Of a DNA stretch of 64,000 nucleotides, positions 41,046-50,605 are shown piece after piece. Within the stretch, counting starts at the first letter, position 1; the number at the start of each line of letters is the position of its first letter. The stretch covers positions 2,897 through 66,896 of the IMG/VR virus record IMGVR_UViG_3300028792_000005; one strand, given 5' to 3'. Made by a program: the position numbers and the translations under genes. Under the pieces are notes generated by a model. The model saw nothing but the letters and a program-made list of their open reading frames with translations. It did not search any database and was not told the DNA's origin. The stretch is from a virus (lineage: Duplodnaviria > Caudoviricetes).

Positions 41046-42356
41046 GTGGCAGGAACTACCGCCCAGGTCTTCTATCCCACTACAGGAACCATTGACCAGA
41101 CCCTGACCGGTGCTGGCACCGTCCGACTACTGGACACGACGGCGTTGGGTGCTGCCAACAACACAACAACCTTGTCGTACACGGCTGCACAGACACAGAC
41201 GGTCGTCCCTTTCGCTGCTTCCGGTTCAGCAGGGGACACCAGGGTCAACAACGGCTGGGTCTTCAACAACACAACTGGTACCTATGCGCTGAACTCCACA
41301 AGTTCGGCACAGCGGGTCATTCCTGCTGGCACGTGGACTTTCGCAGGGTCGTTGACCTTCACCGCCCCGGCCCTGCTGGCAACCGGTAGTGCCACAGTTC
41401 AGGTCGGCGTCTATCGCGTAGCCACAGGTGGTGGCACGCGCACTTTGCTGTTCAGCAGCAACTTTGCAGCGAGTACCTGGACGGCAGCGCAGACCAACAA
41501 CATCAGCGTCACCTCAGCATCTCAACCGCAGTACACGTTGGGTGATGGTGAGGTGTTGTTGATCGGATACACCATCGCCTCTGCGGATACTAAAAACACT
41601 CTGAACCAGAGCACTACCTCGGTTATCAAGTTCATTGTCGGCGGCGCAAACGGCGCTGCCGTTACCGTCCCGACGCCCGGTGTCCGTACGCAGTACAACA
41701 ACCCGGTCAGCGACTCGGTAACGACAAGTGAGTCGCTGACTCGGGTGGCTTCCTTTCCTCGGGCCATCACAGAGACGCTGACGACCTCAGAGACGCCAAC
41801 CCGTGCCGCTGTCTACAACCGCGCTATTAGTGACGCTACGACCGTCACAGACGCCGTGACGCGTGCGGCAAATCACCCTCGGTCACTGACAGACACCTAC
41901 ACAACCACTGATGTCGTTGCCCGTCAGGTGGTAGCCCCTCGCACCACGACGGAGACGCTCACAACCAGCGACTCACCGACACGGGCATACGTCGGTTCGC
42001 GCAGCATCACCGACACCACGAGCGTCAGTGACGTGGTGGCTCGTGCGCTGATCTACGGGCGCTTCATGTACGAGTACCCGCCTGGAGTACAGCCGGACTA
42101 TCGGGTGGACTTCCCGACCAAGCACATCGCTGGCTTTGTTCGGAACAGCGACGGCACCGTTTTCTATGGCGGTGCGCTCATGCAGTTGATCCGTGACAGC
42201 GACAACAAGGTCGTTCAGACAACCACAAGCAGCACCATCGACGGGTCCTACTCCTTTGTCCGAGACACCTACGACCCGAATACCTATCACGTAGCCGCGT
42301 TCTATCCCTCTGCTCCTGAGCAAGGGGTAACCCAAACAGGATTGGTGCCCGTCTGA
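41046..42356 (+). CDS. Virion fibre-like protein with ~20-aa repeats, 436 aa
   Basis: Thr-rich beta domain, repeats of type RAITETLTTSETPT. Confidence 0.75.
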   Translation: MAGTTAQVFYPTTGTIDQTLTGAGTVRLLDTTALGAANNTTTLSYTAAQTQTVVPFAASGSAGDTRVNNGWVFNNTTGTYALNSTSSAQRVIPAGTWTFAGSLTFTAPALLATGSATVQVGVYRVATGGGTRTLLFSSNFAASTWTAAQTNNISVTSASQPQYTLGDGEVLLIGYTIASADTKNTLNQSTTSVIKFIVGGANGAAVTVPTPGVRTQYNNPVSDSVTTSESLTRVASFPRAITETLTTSETPTRAAVYNRAISDATTVTDAVTRAANHPRSLTDTYTTTDVVARQVVAPRTTTETLTTSDSPTRAYVGSRSITDTTSVSDVVARALIYGRFMYEYPPGVQPDYRVDFPTKHIAGFVRNSDGTVFYGGALMQLIRDSDNKVVQTTTSSTIDGSYSFVRDTYDPNTYHVAAFYPSAPEQGVTQTGLVPV

Positions 42357-43402
42357 TGTCTGACTTCCGCCTTGGTGTACAGGCATCCGCAGCGCCGACC
42401 CAGTACGTCGACAACGAACTGGTTACCTACAACGACGGCACGACCCAGGCCCTCCGGCAGCGTGTTCGCATCGGTGGGGCCAGCGGTACGCAGTTGGCGA
42501 ACGTCATCGCTGATGGCTCGCTCCAGGTCAGCGATGCTCGGGAAACGGTGGCAGGGACCATCACTGCCGTCAGTCAGTCTGTGATGTTGCAGCCGTCCGG
42601 TGACAACTCTTCCTGGTCGGTGCAGATCACCGGCACCTGGGTGGGGACCATGATTACTGAGGTCACCATGGACGGGACGAACTGGATCCTAGTCAACAGC
42701 CGTCAGTCCAACGGTGGACGCCTCGCCAACAACTTCTCCAGCAATGGCCTTTTCCGTGGCGTCTTCGGCGGCATGTTCGCCTTCCGGGTGCGCTCTACTG
42801 CTTGGACTTCCGGCACGGCGACGGTCAACATCGCCCTCGGTACCTCTGCGGCTGTTTTCTCTAACAGCGACATCCTGATCTTGAACCAGCCGCAGTACTA
42901 CGCCTCTTCGGCTGGCTTGAACAGCACGTGGGGCGTATCCAGCCCTGCTGTGACGCTCGGTAACTCCAACACTGAGCAGCCTCTAATGGCTATTACCAAC
43001 ACGGGCACCAACCCGCTGTACATCTACCGTATCTCCAAGGGCTGCAACAACACGGCTGTCTTCCGTCGCTACCAGACACCGCAGACTTCCATCGGAAATG
43101 CGGCAGCAACCCAGATGACAGTGACTGGTGGAACAACACTGACAAGCGTTAATCGTGCTGGTGCGCAGACCATCGCTACCTCTGCCACTGCTCGTTACGG
43201 CACGGCTATGACTGTGACCAACCAGCCTGCGGTTGCCTCAAAGACCATGTTCGTAGCAGCCAATGCGCAGGACTCTTCAACAGAAGAAGGATCCCTCATC
43301 GTCCAGGTGGGACAGACGCTTCTCTTTACCGTCTCTGCCAGCGTCAACAGTTCTCTGGCGGCAGTCGAAGTTGTCTACTGGGACGGCTCAACCCTGACCT
43401 AG
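42356..43402 (+). CDS. Virion beta-sandwich protein, 348 aa
   Basis: Thr/Asn/Ser-rich; QITGTW.GT...EVT.DG.NW. Confidence 0.72.
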   Translation: MSDFRLGVQASAAPTQYVDNELVTYNDGTTQALRQRVRIGGASGTQLANVIADGSLQVSDARETVAGTITAVSQSVMLQPSGDNSSWSVQITGTWVGTMITEVTMDGTNWILVNSRQSNGGRLANNFSSNGLFRGVFGGMFAFRVRSTAWTSGTATVNIALGTSAAVFSNSDILILNQPQYYASSAGLNSTWGVSSPAVTLGNSNTEQPLMAITNTGTNPLYIYRISKGCNNTAVFRRYQTPQTSIGNAAATQMTVTGGTTLTSVNRAGAQTIATSATARYGTAMTVTNQPAVASKTMFVAANAQDSSTEEGSLIVQVGQTLLFTVSASVNSSLAAVEVVYWDGSTLT

Positions 43403-43411
43403 GAGGTCTGA

Positions 43412-45457
43412 GTGGCTCTACTGCTCGACCTCGCTAGCACCGAGTCCTACACCAACGCGACAGGTCCGAAAGATCCGGGAGATCACAATCTCCTACTCAA
43501 CTACAACCTGCTGCCATCACCGGTCAACTACGACGTGGTGGTGCAGGCGAACTTTGTTACGCCTGTTTCCAGTGAAAACGTCACCTACGACGTTCGCCTG
43601 TCTCCGTACGTCACCGCCGTTACTGGCGGTGCCATCAAGGGCTTCCAGGGAAGCGCCTCTGGCTCTGCCGCTGATGCTGCTCAGATCGCCGCGAACTATG
43701 TCCTGGCAGCGACAGGCTCAGGCGTCAGTAGTGCTTCTCTTCGTCTGGGTCGCACCCGTACGTTCTCGCTGACTGCAACAGGTGCCAGCACTACTTCTGC
43801 CTACGCGGTCACGTTCGGCTATTACACAGGCTCGGCATCTGGCACAGGCACCGACAGCGTGTACGTCGCCAACGTACGTCGCTACACAAGCACAGCCTCA
43901 GGTGCAGGAACCACCTCAGTTGCGGTGCGGTTGTCCAAGGGCCTGGCGACACAGGTCAACGGCACGGCAACTACGAGCGCTACCAGTCGGGCTTCCTATG
44001 CGCTCCGCGTCCAGGCGACAGGAGTGGGCTCAGCATCGGTTGCTCTTTCTCGAACTCAGACCTTTTCTGCCACGGCTTCGGGTGCGGCCACCTCGCAGTC
44101 GATGCTGTACGGCGGCAAGGTGCTCATCACGAGCACGATGGGTACCGGCACCACCTCACTGTCTGTTCGGGTCCTACATGTCTTTACGGGGTCCGCGCAG
44201 GGCACTGCTAGCGCCGCCATCAACCTGCGCCGCACGCTCCCTGTCGCAGCCACAGCAAATGGTCAGGCGTCTGATTCGGCCAGTGTCATCAAGACGGCTG
44301 TTTTCAGCGCCACTGCTACTGGCTCAGCAAGCAGTAGGGCGACGATCTCCCTCACGGAGACCTTCTCCACCTCAGCCAGTGGCGTAGGTACGTCGTACGC
44401 CTACGACAGCACTGGTCACTACTACAGCGGCGCTTCATACGGACAGGCGTCCACAACCTCGTTCTGTGTCAGCCGCTCCGTCTACCTGGACGTGACCGCT
44501 TCTGGAAGCGCTCAGACCTCCGCTTCTACGCGGGTCCGGGCTGCGTTCGTCTCGTCGACCCAGGGAGCCGGAAGCACTTCGGCGACAGCCAGTCGACGAG
44601 CCTCAGTCGCTGGATCGGTCCACGGGGTTGCCAGCACCAGCCTGGCGGTCAGCAAGACAGCCGGGTACTACGTCACCTGCCAAGGGCGCGGATCCGTCCA
44701 GGTCCGGATGCAGGAGACCCGCGCCTTCACCGCTACGGCATCAGGTCAGGCTCTTGGGTCTGTCAGGGTCAGCAAGCGTGCTGGCGTCAGCGGCAGCACC
44801 GCTGGAGCGGGCAGCACGTCGGCGTACGTGCGGCGGTACGTCGGCTTGGCGATGCGCGCCACCGGCCAAGCGGCAACATCGCTGGATCGGCTCCGTAACA
44901 GAGCCGCTTTTACTGTTTTTTGTGTTGGCCACTCCAGCACACAAGCCTCATCGGCGGTCACTTACGCGTTTTCGCAGGTCAGCAGGGGTGTAGCGGGTGC
45001 TCAGGCCCACCTCAACTACACCACAGCGGCCTCTGGAAGCACGTTTGGACAGGCGTCTGATTCTGTACGTCTCGGACGACGACGTACTTCGACCGGTATG
45101 TCCGTTTCTAGCAGCCTCACCATGGCGCTTATTGGTGGCATTAAGAGAGTTATTGGGCGCGCTATCGGGGTTGCGAGCACCCAGAACCAGGTCGCCAAGG
45201 ACGCTCGGTTCACCGGATCAGCCACTGGAACCAACTCTGCGCACCTCTACGTGCTGCTCGACCTGGTGCTCACCGGCCAGAGCACCGGTGGAAGCGGCTC
45301 CAGCATCAACCTGTCGCACGCTGCACTGCTCGAAGCAATCGCAAATGGACATGCATCTACACGTGGTTCTCAAGTCGGTGCGCCGCAAGCAGTGCGCTTC
45401 TCCATCACTGCCGTGAAGGCTGCCGATATGGCTCTCAACGTCGTGGAGGTTGCGTAG
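43412..45457 (+). CDS. Long ~20-aa Ser/Thr/Ala/Gly repeat fibre protein, 681 aa
   Basis: Many repeats of F/Y-x3-A-x-G-x-G/A-x2-S. Confidence 0.75.
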   Translation: MALLLDLASTESYTNATGPKDPGDHNLLLNYNLLPSPVNYDVVVQANFVTPVSSENVTYDVRLSPYVTAVTGGAIKGFQGSASGSAADAAQIAANYVLAATGSGVSSASLRLGRTRTFSLTATGASTTSAYAVTFGYYTGSASGTGTDSVYVANVRRYTSTASGAGTTSVAVRLSKGLATQVNGTATTSATSRASYALRVQATGVGSASVALSRTQTFSATASGAATSQSMLYGGKVLITSTMGTGTTSLSVRVLHVFTGSAQGTASAAINLRRTLPVAATANGQASDSASVIKTAVFSATATGSASSRATISLTETFSTSASGVGTSYAYDSTGHYYSGASYGQASTTSFCVSRSVYLDVTASGSAQTSASTRVRAAFVSSTQGAGSTSATASRRASVAGSVHGVASTSLAVSKTAGYYVTCQGRGSVQVRMQETRAFTATASGQALGSVRVSKRAGVSGSTAGAGSTSAYVRRYVGLAMRATGQAATSLDRLRNRAAFTVFCVGHSSTQASSAVTYAFSQVSRGVAGAQAHLNYTTAASGSTFGQASDSVRLGRRRTSTGMSVSSSLTMALIGGIKRVIGRAIGVASTQNQVAKDARFTGSATGTNSAHLYVLLDLVLTGQSTGGSGSSINLSHAALLEAIANGHASTRGSQVGAPQAVRFSITAVKAADMALNVVEVA

Positions 45458-46005
45458 TGAGTGTCGATCTGTCGGACTACGTGGACTCTCTCAAGCGAGA
45501 GGTGTCCCCGCCAGGATCTGACGTGTTCGCAGGCGTTGGAGACGACGTTTTTGCTGGTTACCTGGCAGACGCGTTCTGGGAGGTGCGCCTCGATGGATTC
45601 GTGGAGCCTTACTCTGCTGACCCTGACGGCATCGTCACCCCGCTTAGTGATAGCGGGCCTGACATCGGGCGTGAAGACATTGCTCTGGTCATCCTGTACG
45701 CGGGCATCAAAATCATCCGCAACCGCCTGCTGAGCACTCAGACGCGCCTTACGGCAAAGGCTGGTCCCGTCGAGTTCACGACGGAGAACTCCGCGAACCT
45801 GCTGACTGAGATGCTCAAAGAACTGTCGAACATCAAGAACCGCCTGCTGTACCTCAAGACGTACAACCAGGACGTGACTGTGCTCGACGCGTTCTCCGCT
45901 CGGTCGGTCTCTGGGCCGTCGTACGCGGGCTACCTGTACGACTTCTATGCAGGTGCCATCGGCGGCAGCCCCGGTGACTTCCTCGGTGCTTACGGCATTC
46001 TGTAA
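45457..46005 (+). CDS. Head-tail adaptor (putative)
   Basis: Position; DSLKREV..., KAGPVEFT. Confidence 0.62.
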   Translation: MSVDLSDYVDSLKREVSPPGSDVFAGVGDDVFAGYLADAFWEVRLDGFVEPYSADPDGIVTPLSDSGPDIGREDIALVILYAGIKIIRNRLLSTQTRLTAKAGPVEFTTENSANLLTEMLKELSNIKNRLLYLKTYNQDVTVLDAFSARSVSGPSYAGYLYDFYAGAIGGSPGDFLGAYGIL

Positions 46006-46460
46006 TGGCTGACCCGATCCTCGGATTCGATCCGGCAGTCTTTCGGACCAACATCCATTTCGCTATGCAGTTGGGTCTCCCTCAGAAGACGGAGGATCGA
46101 CCCACCTTCTATTTCCGCGAGGTACGCACGTTTCCTGTTGGCACCGTTCTGGACTCGGAGGGCTCTCCCCTTGATCCACGCATCGCACCAGTGGTCGAAG
46201 CCCCCACGCCGGTTCAAGTCCCGTGTGCCGTGGAGTTCGCGGCGGATCGCACCGACAACGAGACAATCGTGGGGACCTTCCGCGACACCAAGGTCACGCT
46301 CACGCTCCTAGACGTGGACTTCGCCAAGGTGAAGGACGCCATCGAAGTAGCGATTGGCCAGGTGCGATACAACATCGGGTTCCTCGCACCGCCCATCGGA
46401 CTGGGCCAGGCGACTGTGTACCAGTTGCACTGCTTCCCCAAGGGTGAGGACCGCCCGTGA
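46005..46460 (+). CDS. Head-tail stopper/closure protein (putative)
   Basis: Position and size. Confidence 0.58.
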   Translation: MADPILGFDPAVFRTNIHFAMQLGLPQKTEDRPTFYFREVRTFPVGTVLDSEGSPLDPRIAPVVEAPTPVQVPCAVEFAADRTDNETIVGTFRDTKVTLTLLDVDFAKVKDAIEVAIGQVRYNIGFLAPPIGLGQATVYQLHCFPKGEDRP

Positions 46461-47053
46461 GCATCAACAATGAACTGATCGCTGGTGCCTTCGGCCCTCA
46501 ACCTGAGATCGAAGGCGAAGGCGGCTACGTCCGTTGGCGTCCTCGCATGGTGCGTCAGTCGGTGTTCTACGACCTGGAGACAACGCTCGCCAACAGTGGC
46601 TGGATCGGTGCCACGCCCACCATGGCTGTGAAGTACCCGATCAGCGTGGTCGAGTTCTACCCGGAGTTCGCCATCTACGAGCAGGACAAGGTGCGGTTCA
46701 ACACCTTGGCCCTGGACCAGGGAGATCCAGGCGACCTCCAGGAGTACGAACTGGGTGGTCGCTTCTCCCGTGACTACCGGTTCAATATGGCTTTGTATGC
46801 GGAGAGTGACGGTATCGGAGCGTCTTTGTTCTCCGATCTCGCTGACCGTTACCTCGGTCTTACCGACAGTCCTTTCATCGGTATGTACAACTACAACGCC
46901 GCAACGCCGACGCTGATCGTGCGGCTAGAGGTAATGGGGTTCCAGTACGTGCGGGCTCCTGCTGATGTCGCCCCGTACGAGCATCACCTGTTCTTCGCGG
47001 AACTCATCGTTCGGGACTACGTGGACCAGAATCCAGTAAGGATGCCCGAGTGA
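46457..47053 (+). CDS. Tail terminator-like protein (putative)
   Basis: Position; YELGG..R.Y.F..ALYAE. Confidence 0.55.
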   Translation: MSINNELIAGAFGPQPEIEGEGGYVRWRPRMVRQSVFYDLETTLANSGWIGATPTMAVKYPISVVEFYPEFAIYEQDKVRFNTLALDQGDPGDLQEYELGGRFSRDYRFNMALYAESDGIGASLFSDLADRYLGLTDSPFIGMYNYNAATPTLIVRLEVMGFQYVRAPADVAPYEHHLFFAELIVRDYVDQNPVRMPE

Positions 47054-47310
47054 GCGTCGCAGTAAAGGACTTCTTGAAGGCGCGTCGTGACCGGGCTCTC
47101 GGGTCGATCATGGGCTTCGCTGAGCGTGAGATCTACCCGAAGTTGTCCCAGCAGGAAAAGATCGCCTTCCGCAATCTGGTGCTGGACAGCCTCAACTCCT
47201 ATCACGACAGCGTGCTTGACCTGGTGAAGAGCGACACGGGCACTGTGCGCAACGAGGAGTTGGTACAGATGCTTGAACGTCTGGATCAGCACCTTGGCAT
47301 GAAGGCGTAA
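47050..47310 (+). CDS. Small helical protein, 86 aa
   Basis: GTGA overlap. Confidence 0.65.
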   Translation: MSVAVKDFLKARRDRALGSIMGFAEREIYPKLSQQEKIAFRNLVLDSLNSYHDSVLDLVKSDTGTVRNEELVQMLERLDQHLGMKA

Positions 47311-47342
47311 GTCTGATTCCGAGCGTCTCCGACACAGGTTCT

Positions 47343-47975
47343 ATGGCCTCCCTCGTTCCGCTGTCGCCCAAGGCGAAGCGGTTCCTGAACGCGAACAAGC
47401 AGGCTCAGGCGTTCCGAGCGGCCATCAAGATCCGTGAGGCTGAGGCGGCGAAACTCGCCACGACCATCTCACGAGGCACGTACCACACGAGGATTCCGCG
47501 TCCGGTCGCACCGCCACGCAAGGGTCGTCCCACCACAGACGGCCTGTTTGCCGATTACATCAACTGGCAGCCGAGCAGCGCCCACAAGGGCTTCATCGAC
47601 TTCGACACCGCGACCATGAAGGCCAAGGCTCCGTACTTCCTTATCCAGGAAATCGGAACGAACAGGACGGCGAAGATCCTGAACCCGCCAGCCGTTATCA
47701 CGGTGCGGTCTCAGATCGGACGAACCATTCCGTACAACCTCTACTGGGCTGCTGGTGTGGGTGGTACAGCCGTGGATGCGCGTACTGGCGCATCGGGTGA
47801 CCAGTTGTACCTCGCCAGCGAAATCAACGCTGCCTCGCTCAAGAACGTGAAGAGCCGACGCAAGCGGATCCGGCGCGAGATCAAGGGCAAGCACTATCTG
47901 CAAGCCGGTGGTGCCGAAGGTTTCCGGTATCTAGGGGAAACCCTGGTAGCGGATGCAAGGAAGATCTTCCGGTGA
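47343..47975 (+). CDS. Basic neck/tail completion protein (putative)
   Basis: PYFLIQEIGT motif; position before tail tube. Confidence 0.58.
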   Translation: MASLVPLSPKAKRFLNANKQAQAFRAAIKIREAEAAKLATTISRGTYHTRIPRPVAPPRKGRPTTDGLFADYINWQPSSAHKGFIDFDTATMKAKAPYFLIQEIGTNRTAKILNPPAVITVRSQIGRTIPYNLYWAAGVGGTAVDARTGASGDQLYLASEINAASLKNVKSRRKRIRREIKGKHYLQAGGAEGFRYLGETLVADARKIFR

Positions 47976-48046
47976 AGGTTGAGGGGCTGAATCCGGACGG
48001 TCTTTGTTCACTGACGCACGATGGTCCCTAGAGAGGAGGCGAGTTC

Positions 48047-49366
48047 ATGGCCATCAAGGCAGGTCAGATCCTCCATGCAATGAACCAGTTCATTGTCGAC
48101 CGTATTCAGACGGGTGGTGCGGGCAACCTCAACATCCCACAGGAGCGTGTCTACGAACTGGGTAACTACCGTTCGGTCGGAATCGTTCGTGACGTTCCCG
48201 ACCTGACGTTCTCCCTCGACGTACTCGATGTGAGTACGGAGGTGGAAGCGTTGCTGTGCGGCGCAGACCCCAACGCATCAGAAGGCGATGGGGGCGGCAC
48301 GCTCGGCACTGATGGACTGACGGGTAGCAACTACCCGCTGGCCATCAACCAGACGGTAGACATCATCAGCCCATTCAAGAGCACGCAGGGTGCCTTCAAC
48401 GTCGTTCAGGGCGTTGCGGTACCCCAGTTGACTCTTGAGTCGGCTTCCTACCGGTACGGCCTCCGGGCAAATGCAGGAGAGACGTTCTCGCTTCGCGGGG
48501 ACAGCATCTACTACATCCCTGGCGCGCCGTATCTCATCAAGGCAACAGGTGACGGAACAACCACCACCTACACGTACACGGTTGGCGGCACGCCGCTGAC
48601 CGCGCTTCTGTACAACGAGCAGGGCCATGATCTCTACGCCCTGAACGTGTCGGTGAACGGCGTCCGTATGACGCGAGGCACGGATTACACCGCCGATGAC
48701 GCTGGCGTGACCTTCACGGTCGCCCCGGCTAGCGGCGCGAAGATCCGCATCGTCTTCGGGTCGATCACGGCGGGTGTCACCTACAGCCAGGCAGTCCACG
48801 CAACGCAGTCTGTGAAGCCTGCGGCCATCCGTGGAAAGGACATCGAGGTCTACGTTGGGCAGGCTCCTGCTGCAACGCCGACCAACTCCAACCCTTACCG
48901 GTGGAGTGATGTTCAGAGTGTCACCGTCGACTGGCGCGTGACCCTGGAGAACGACTTCGAGTTCGGTAACCCTCACGCTGTGGCGCGCGACTTTGTCGAC
49001 GCTCCCGACGTGTCGGGCACCATCGAGATGAAGCCCATCACGATCTCGGCGTTGTTCAAGAAGTTGCACCAGATGACTGGTGTCGACCCGGCAGACATTG
49101 TTGGGCCGCAGTCCTCTGTGACGCTTCCTCTCCAGATCCGCCTGATGAACCCGGACACGGGTGGTACGTCGTCCCAGCCGGTCGGCACCGTCCTCAAGAC
49201 CCTTCACGTTCCGGACGCTCGCTTTGAGATTCCGGGATACGAGGGTCGGGTGGGCCAGAAGATGACGAGCACTATCCGTTGGCAGTCTGACAGCGGTGTT
49301 CTCAACATCTTCAAGGGTCTGCCGTACCACATCGAGGACGGCGAAGAGTTCGGTAAGGCCGTCTAG
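48047..49366 (+). CDS. Major tail (tube) protein with Ig-like insertion, 439 aa
   Basis: GAGGAGG SD; ERVYELGN..., followed by chaperone and tape measure genes. Confidence 0.85.
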   Translation: MAIKAGQILHAMNQFIVDRIQTGGAGNLNIPQERVYELGNYRSVGIVRDVPDLTFSLDVLDVSTEVEALLCGADPNASEGDGGGTLGTDGLTGSNYPLAINQTVDIISPFKSTQGAFNVVQGVAVPQLTLESASYRYGLRANAGETFSLRGDSIYYIPGAPYLIKATGDGTTTTYTYTVGGTPLTALLYNEQGHDLYALNVSVNGVRMTRGTDYTADDAGVTFTVAPASGAKIRIVFGSITAGVTYSQAVHATQSVKPAAIRGKDIEVYVGQAPAATPTNSNPYRWSDVQSVTVDWRVTLENDFEFGNPHAVARDFVDAPDVSGTIEMKPITISALFKKLHQMTGVDPADIVGPQSSVTLPLQIRLMNPDTGGTSSQPVGTVLKTLHVPDARFEIPGYEGRVGQKMTSTIRWQSDSGVLNIFKGLPYHIEDGEEFGKAV

Positions 49367-49388
49367 CAGTACCCCGCACGTCCTGTGC

Positions 49389-49418
49389 GTGGGGCCTGGT
49401 CTTCGGGCCAGGTCCCAC
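49389..49418 (+). terminator. C(UUCG)G hairpin after the tail tube gene
   Basis: GTGGGGCCTGGTC-TTCG-GGCCAGGTCCCAC. Confidence 0.65.
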
Positions 49419-49454
49419 GACACGGGCTGGATCTGACACAGAGGAGCGCCCTAA

Positions 49455-50333
49455 ATGGGCAACGCAAGCAAACTGACGAGCATCCAAAAGCGTAAGCGGC
49501 TTGAAGCCCTGTACGCACGAGGCACCTACGTTCGGTTCGGACCTGACGGCGTACGCAAGCCGGACGAGGAGTCCACCGAGGATGACGTAGCGGTCTGGGT
49601 CTCACCGCCATCGCCTCTCCAGCGTGAGATGGCCATCCGTGAAGCGTCTGCTGCGCGTAACCGAGCCACTCTTGAGGCTCGCCGCGACAGCGGATCGGAC
49701 GCTGCGGTGAACGCACAAGCGTTCATTTCGGCTATGAGCGACGACGACCTGCGCTCGTACGTGCTGGACCTCGACGACCCGGACCGTACAACGCGTGCTC
49801 GACGTGAGGTCCTCCTCAAGAAGGAGTGGGAGGACTTCAACGCACTGCGAGATGCAATGCGTCAGTTCGAAGAGGCGGGTTCTCCCGAGGACGACCCTGA
49901 GTGGGAGCCGCTCCTGGAGCGTGACCGGCAGTTCGGTAACCAGGTCCAGGAGGAATACGAACGCCTGCGTGAAGGCGATGAGGAGGGCTTGCGCCTGATC
50001 CCTCGCGTTGAGCAGGAGAAGCGAGCATTCGACAAGAGAGTCGACCAGGCTGCCTCGTCAGTTTTTATGCGGCACTACGAGGACAACATGCTGTTCTACG
50101 CATGCCGCGACGACGACGACCACACGGTCTTGTTCTTCGAGAACATTGCGGACATGCGCTCCATGCCCCTACCGGTCCAGGAAGCGTTGGCGAACACTCT
50201 GGCTGACTTCATCAGTGATGCCGGAGAAGCAAAAAACTCGCAAGCGGCGGGGTCTGGCTCAGCCTCGTCGGGTCCTGCAAACGAGCCGGAGACTTCCGAA
50301 GTCTCTATCCCCGAGGAGTCGACCGCATCGTAG
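49455..50333 (+). CDS. Tail assembly chaperone, 292 aa
   Basis: Between tail tube and tape measure; contains slippery site. Confidence 0.8.
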   Translation: MGNASKLTSIQKRKRLEALYARGTYVRFGPDGVRKPDEESTEDDVAVWVSPPSPLQREMAIREASAARNRATLEARRDSGSDAAVNAQAFISAMSDDDLRSYVLDLDDPDRTTRARREVLLKKEWEDFNALRDAMRQFEEAGSPEDDPEWEPLLERDRQFGNQVQEEYERLREGDEEGLRLIPRVEQEKRAFDKRVDQAASSVFMRHYEDNMLFYACRDDDDHTVLFFENIADMRSMPLPVQEALANTLADFISDAGEAKNSQAAGSGSASSGPANEPETSEVSIPEESTAS

Positions 50334-50584
50334 ACATCCCGTGGCCCTTGCAGGAGGCCATCGGGCACGGACTGACGATCCTCAGTTGGTTCGAGAACAA
50401 TGCCGAGAAGGATGTGCCGCCCGAAAATATTTGGGACGACGCTGAGGGACTGGAACTGCACTGGAAAGCGGTACGCCAACGTGAGGCGGATCGTCTGGAT
50501 GGAGGGGGCTCGCTCGCTGAGTCCGATGAGGATGACGGCGGTGACATGCTCGGCAATGACCTAGCCGGGGTGTTCAAGGACTAG
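50231..50584 (+). CDS. -1 frameshift extension of the tail assembly chaperone
   Basis: A AAA AAC heptamer at 50231-50237; -1 frame open to 50584 (LASGGVWLSLVGSCKRAGDFRSLYP...). Confidence 0.85.
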   Translation, partial: KKLASGGVWLSLVGSCKRAGDFRSLYPRGVDRIVDIPWPLQEAIGHGLTILSWFENNAEKDVPPENIWDDAEGLELHWKAVRQREADRLDGGGSLAESDEDDGGDMLGNDLAGVFKD

Positions 50585-50605
50585 AGGCAGGCGGGCCGTA
50601 GAGTC

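Noticed and set aside
50348-50584. Independent 78-aa gene before the tape measure
   Set aside because: Better explained as the -1 frameshift extension of the chaperone (slippery site at 50231).
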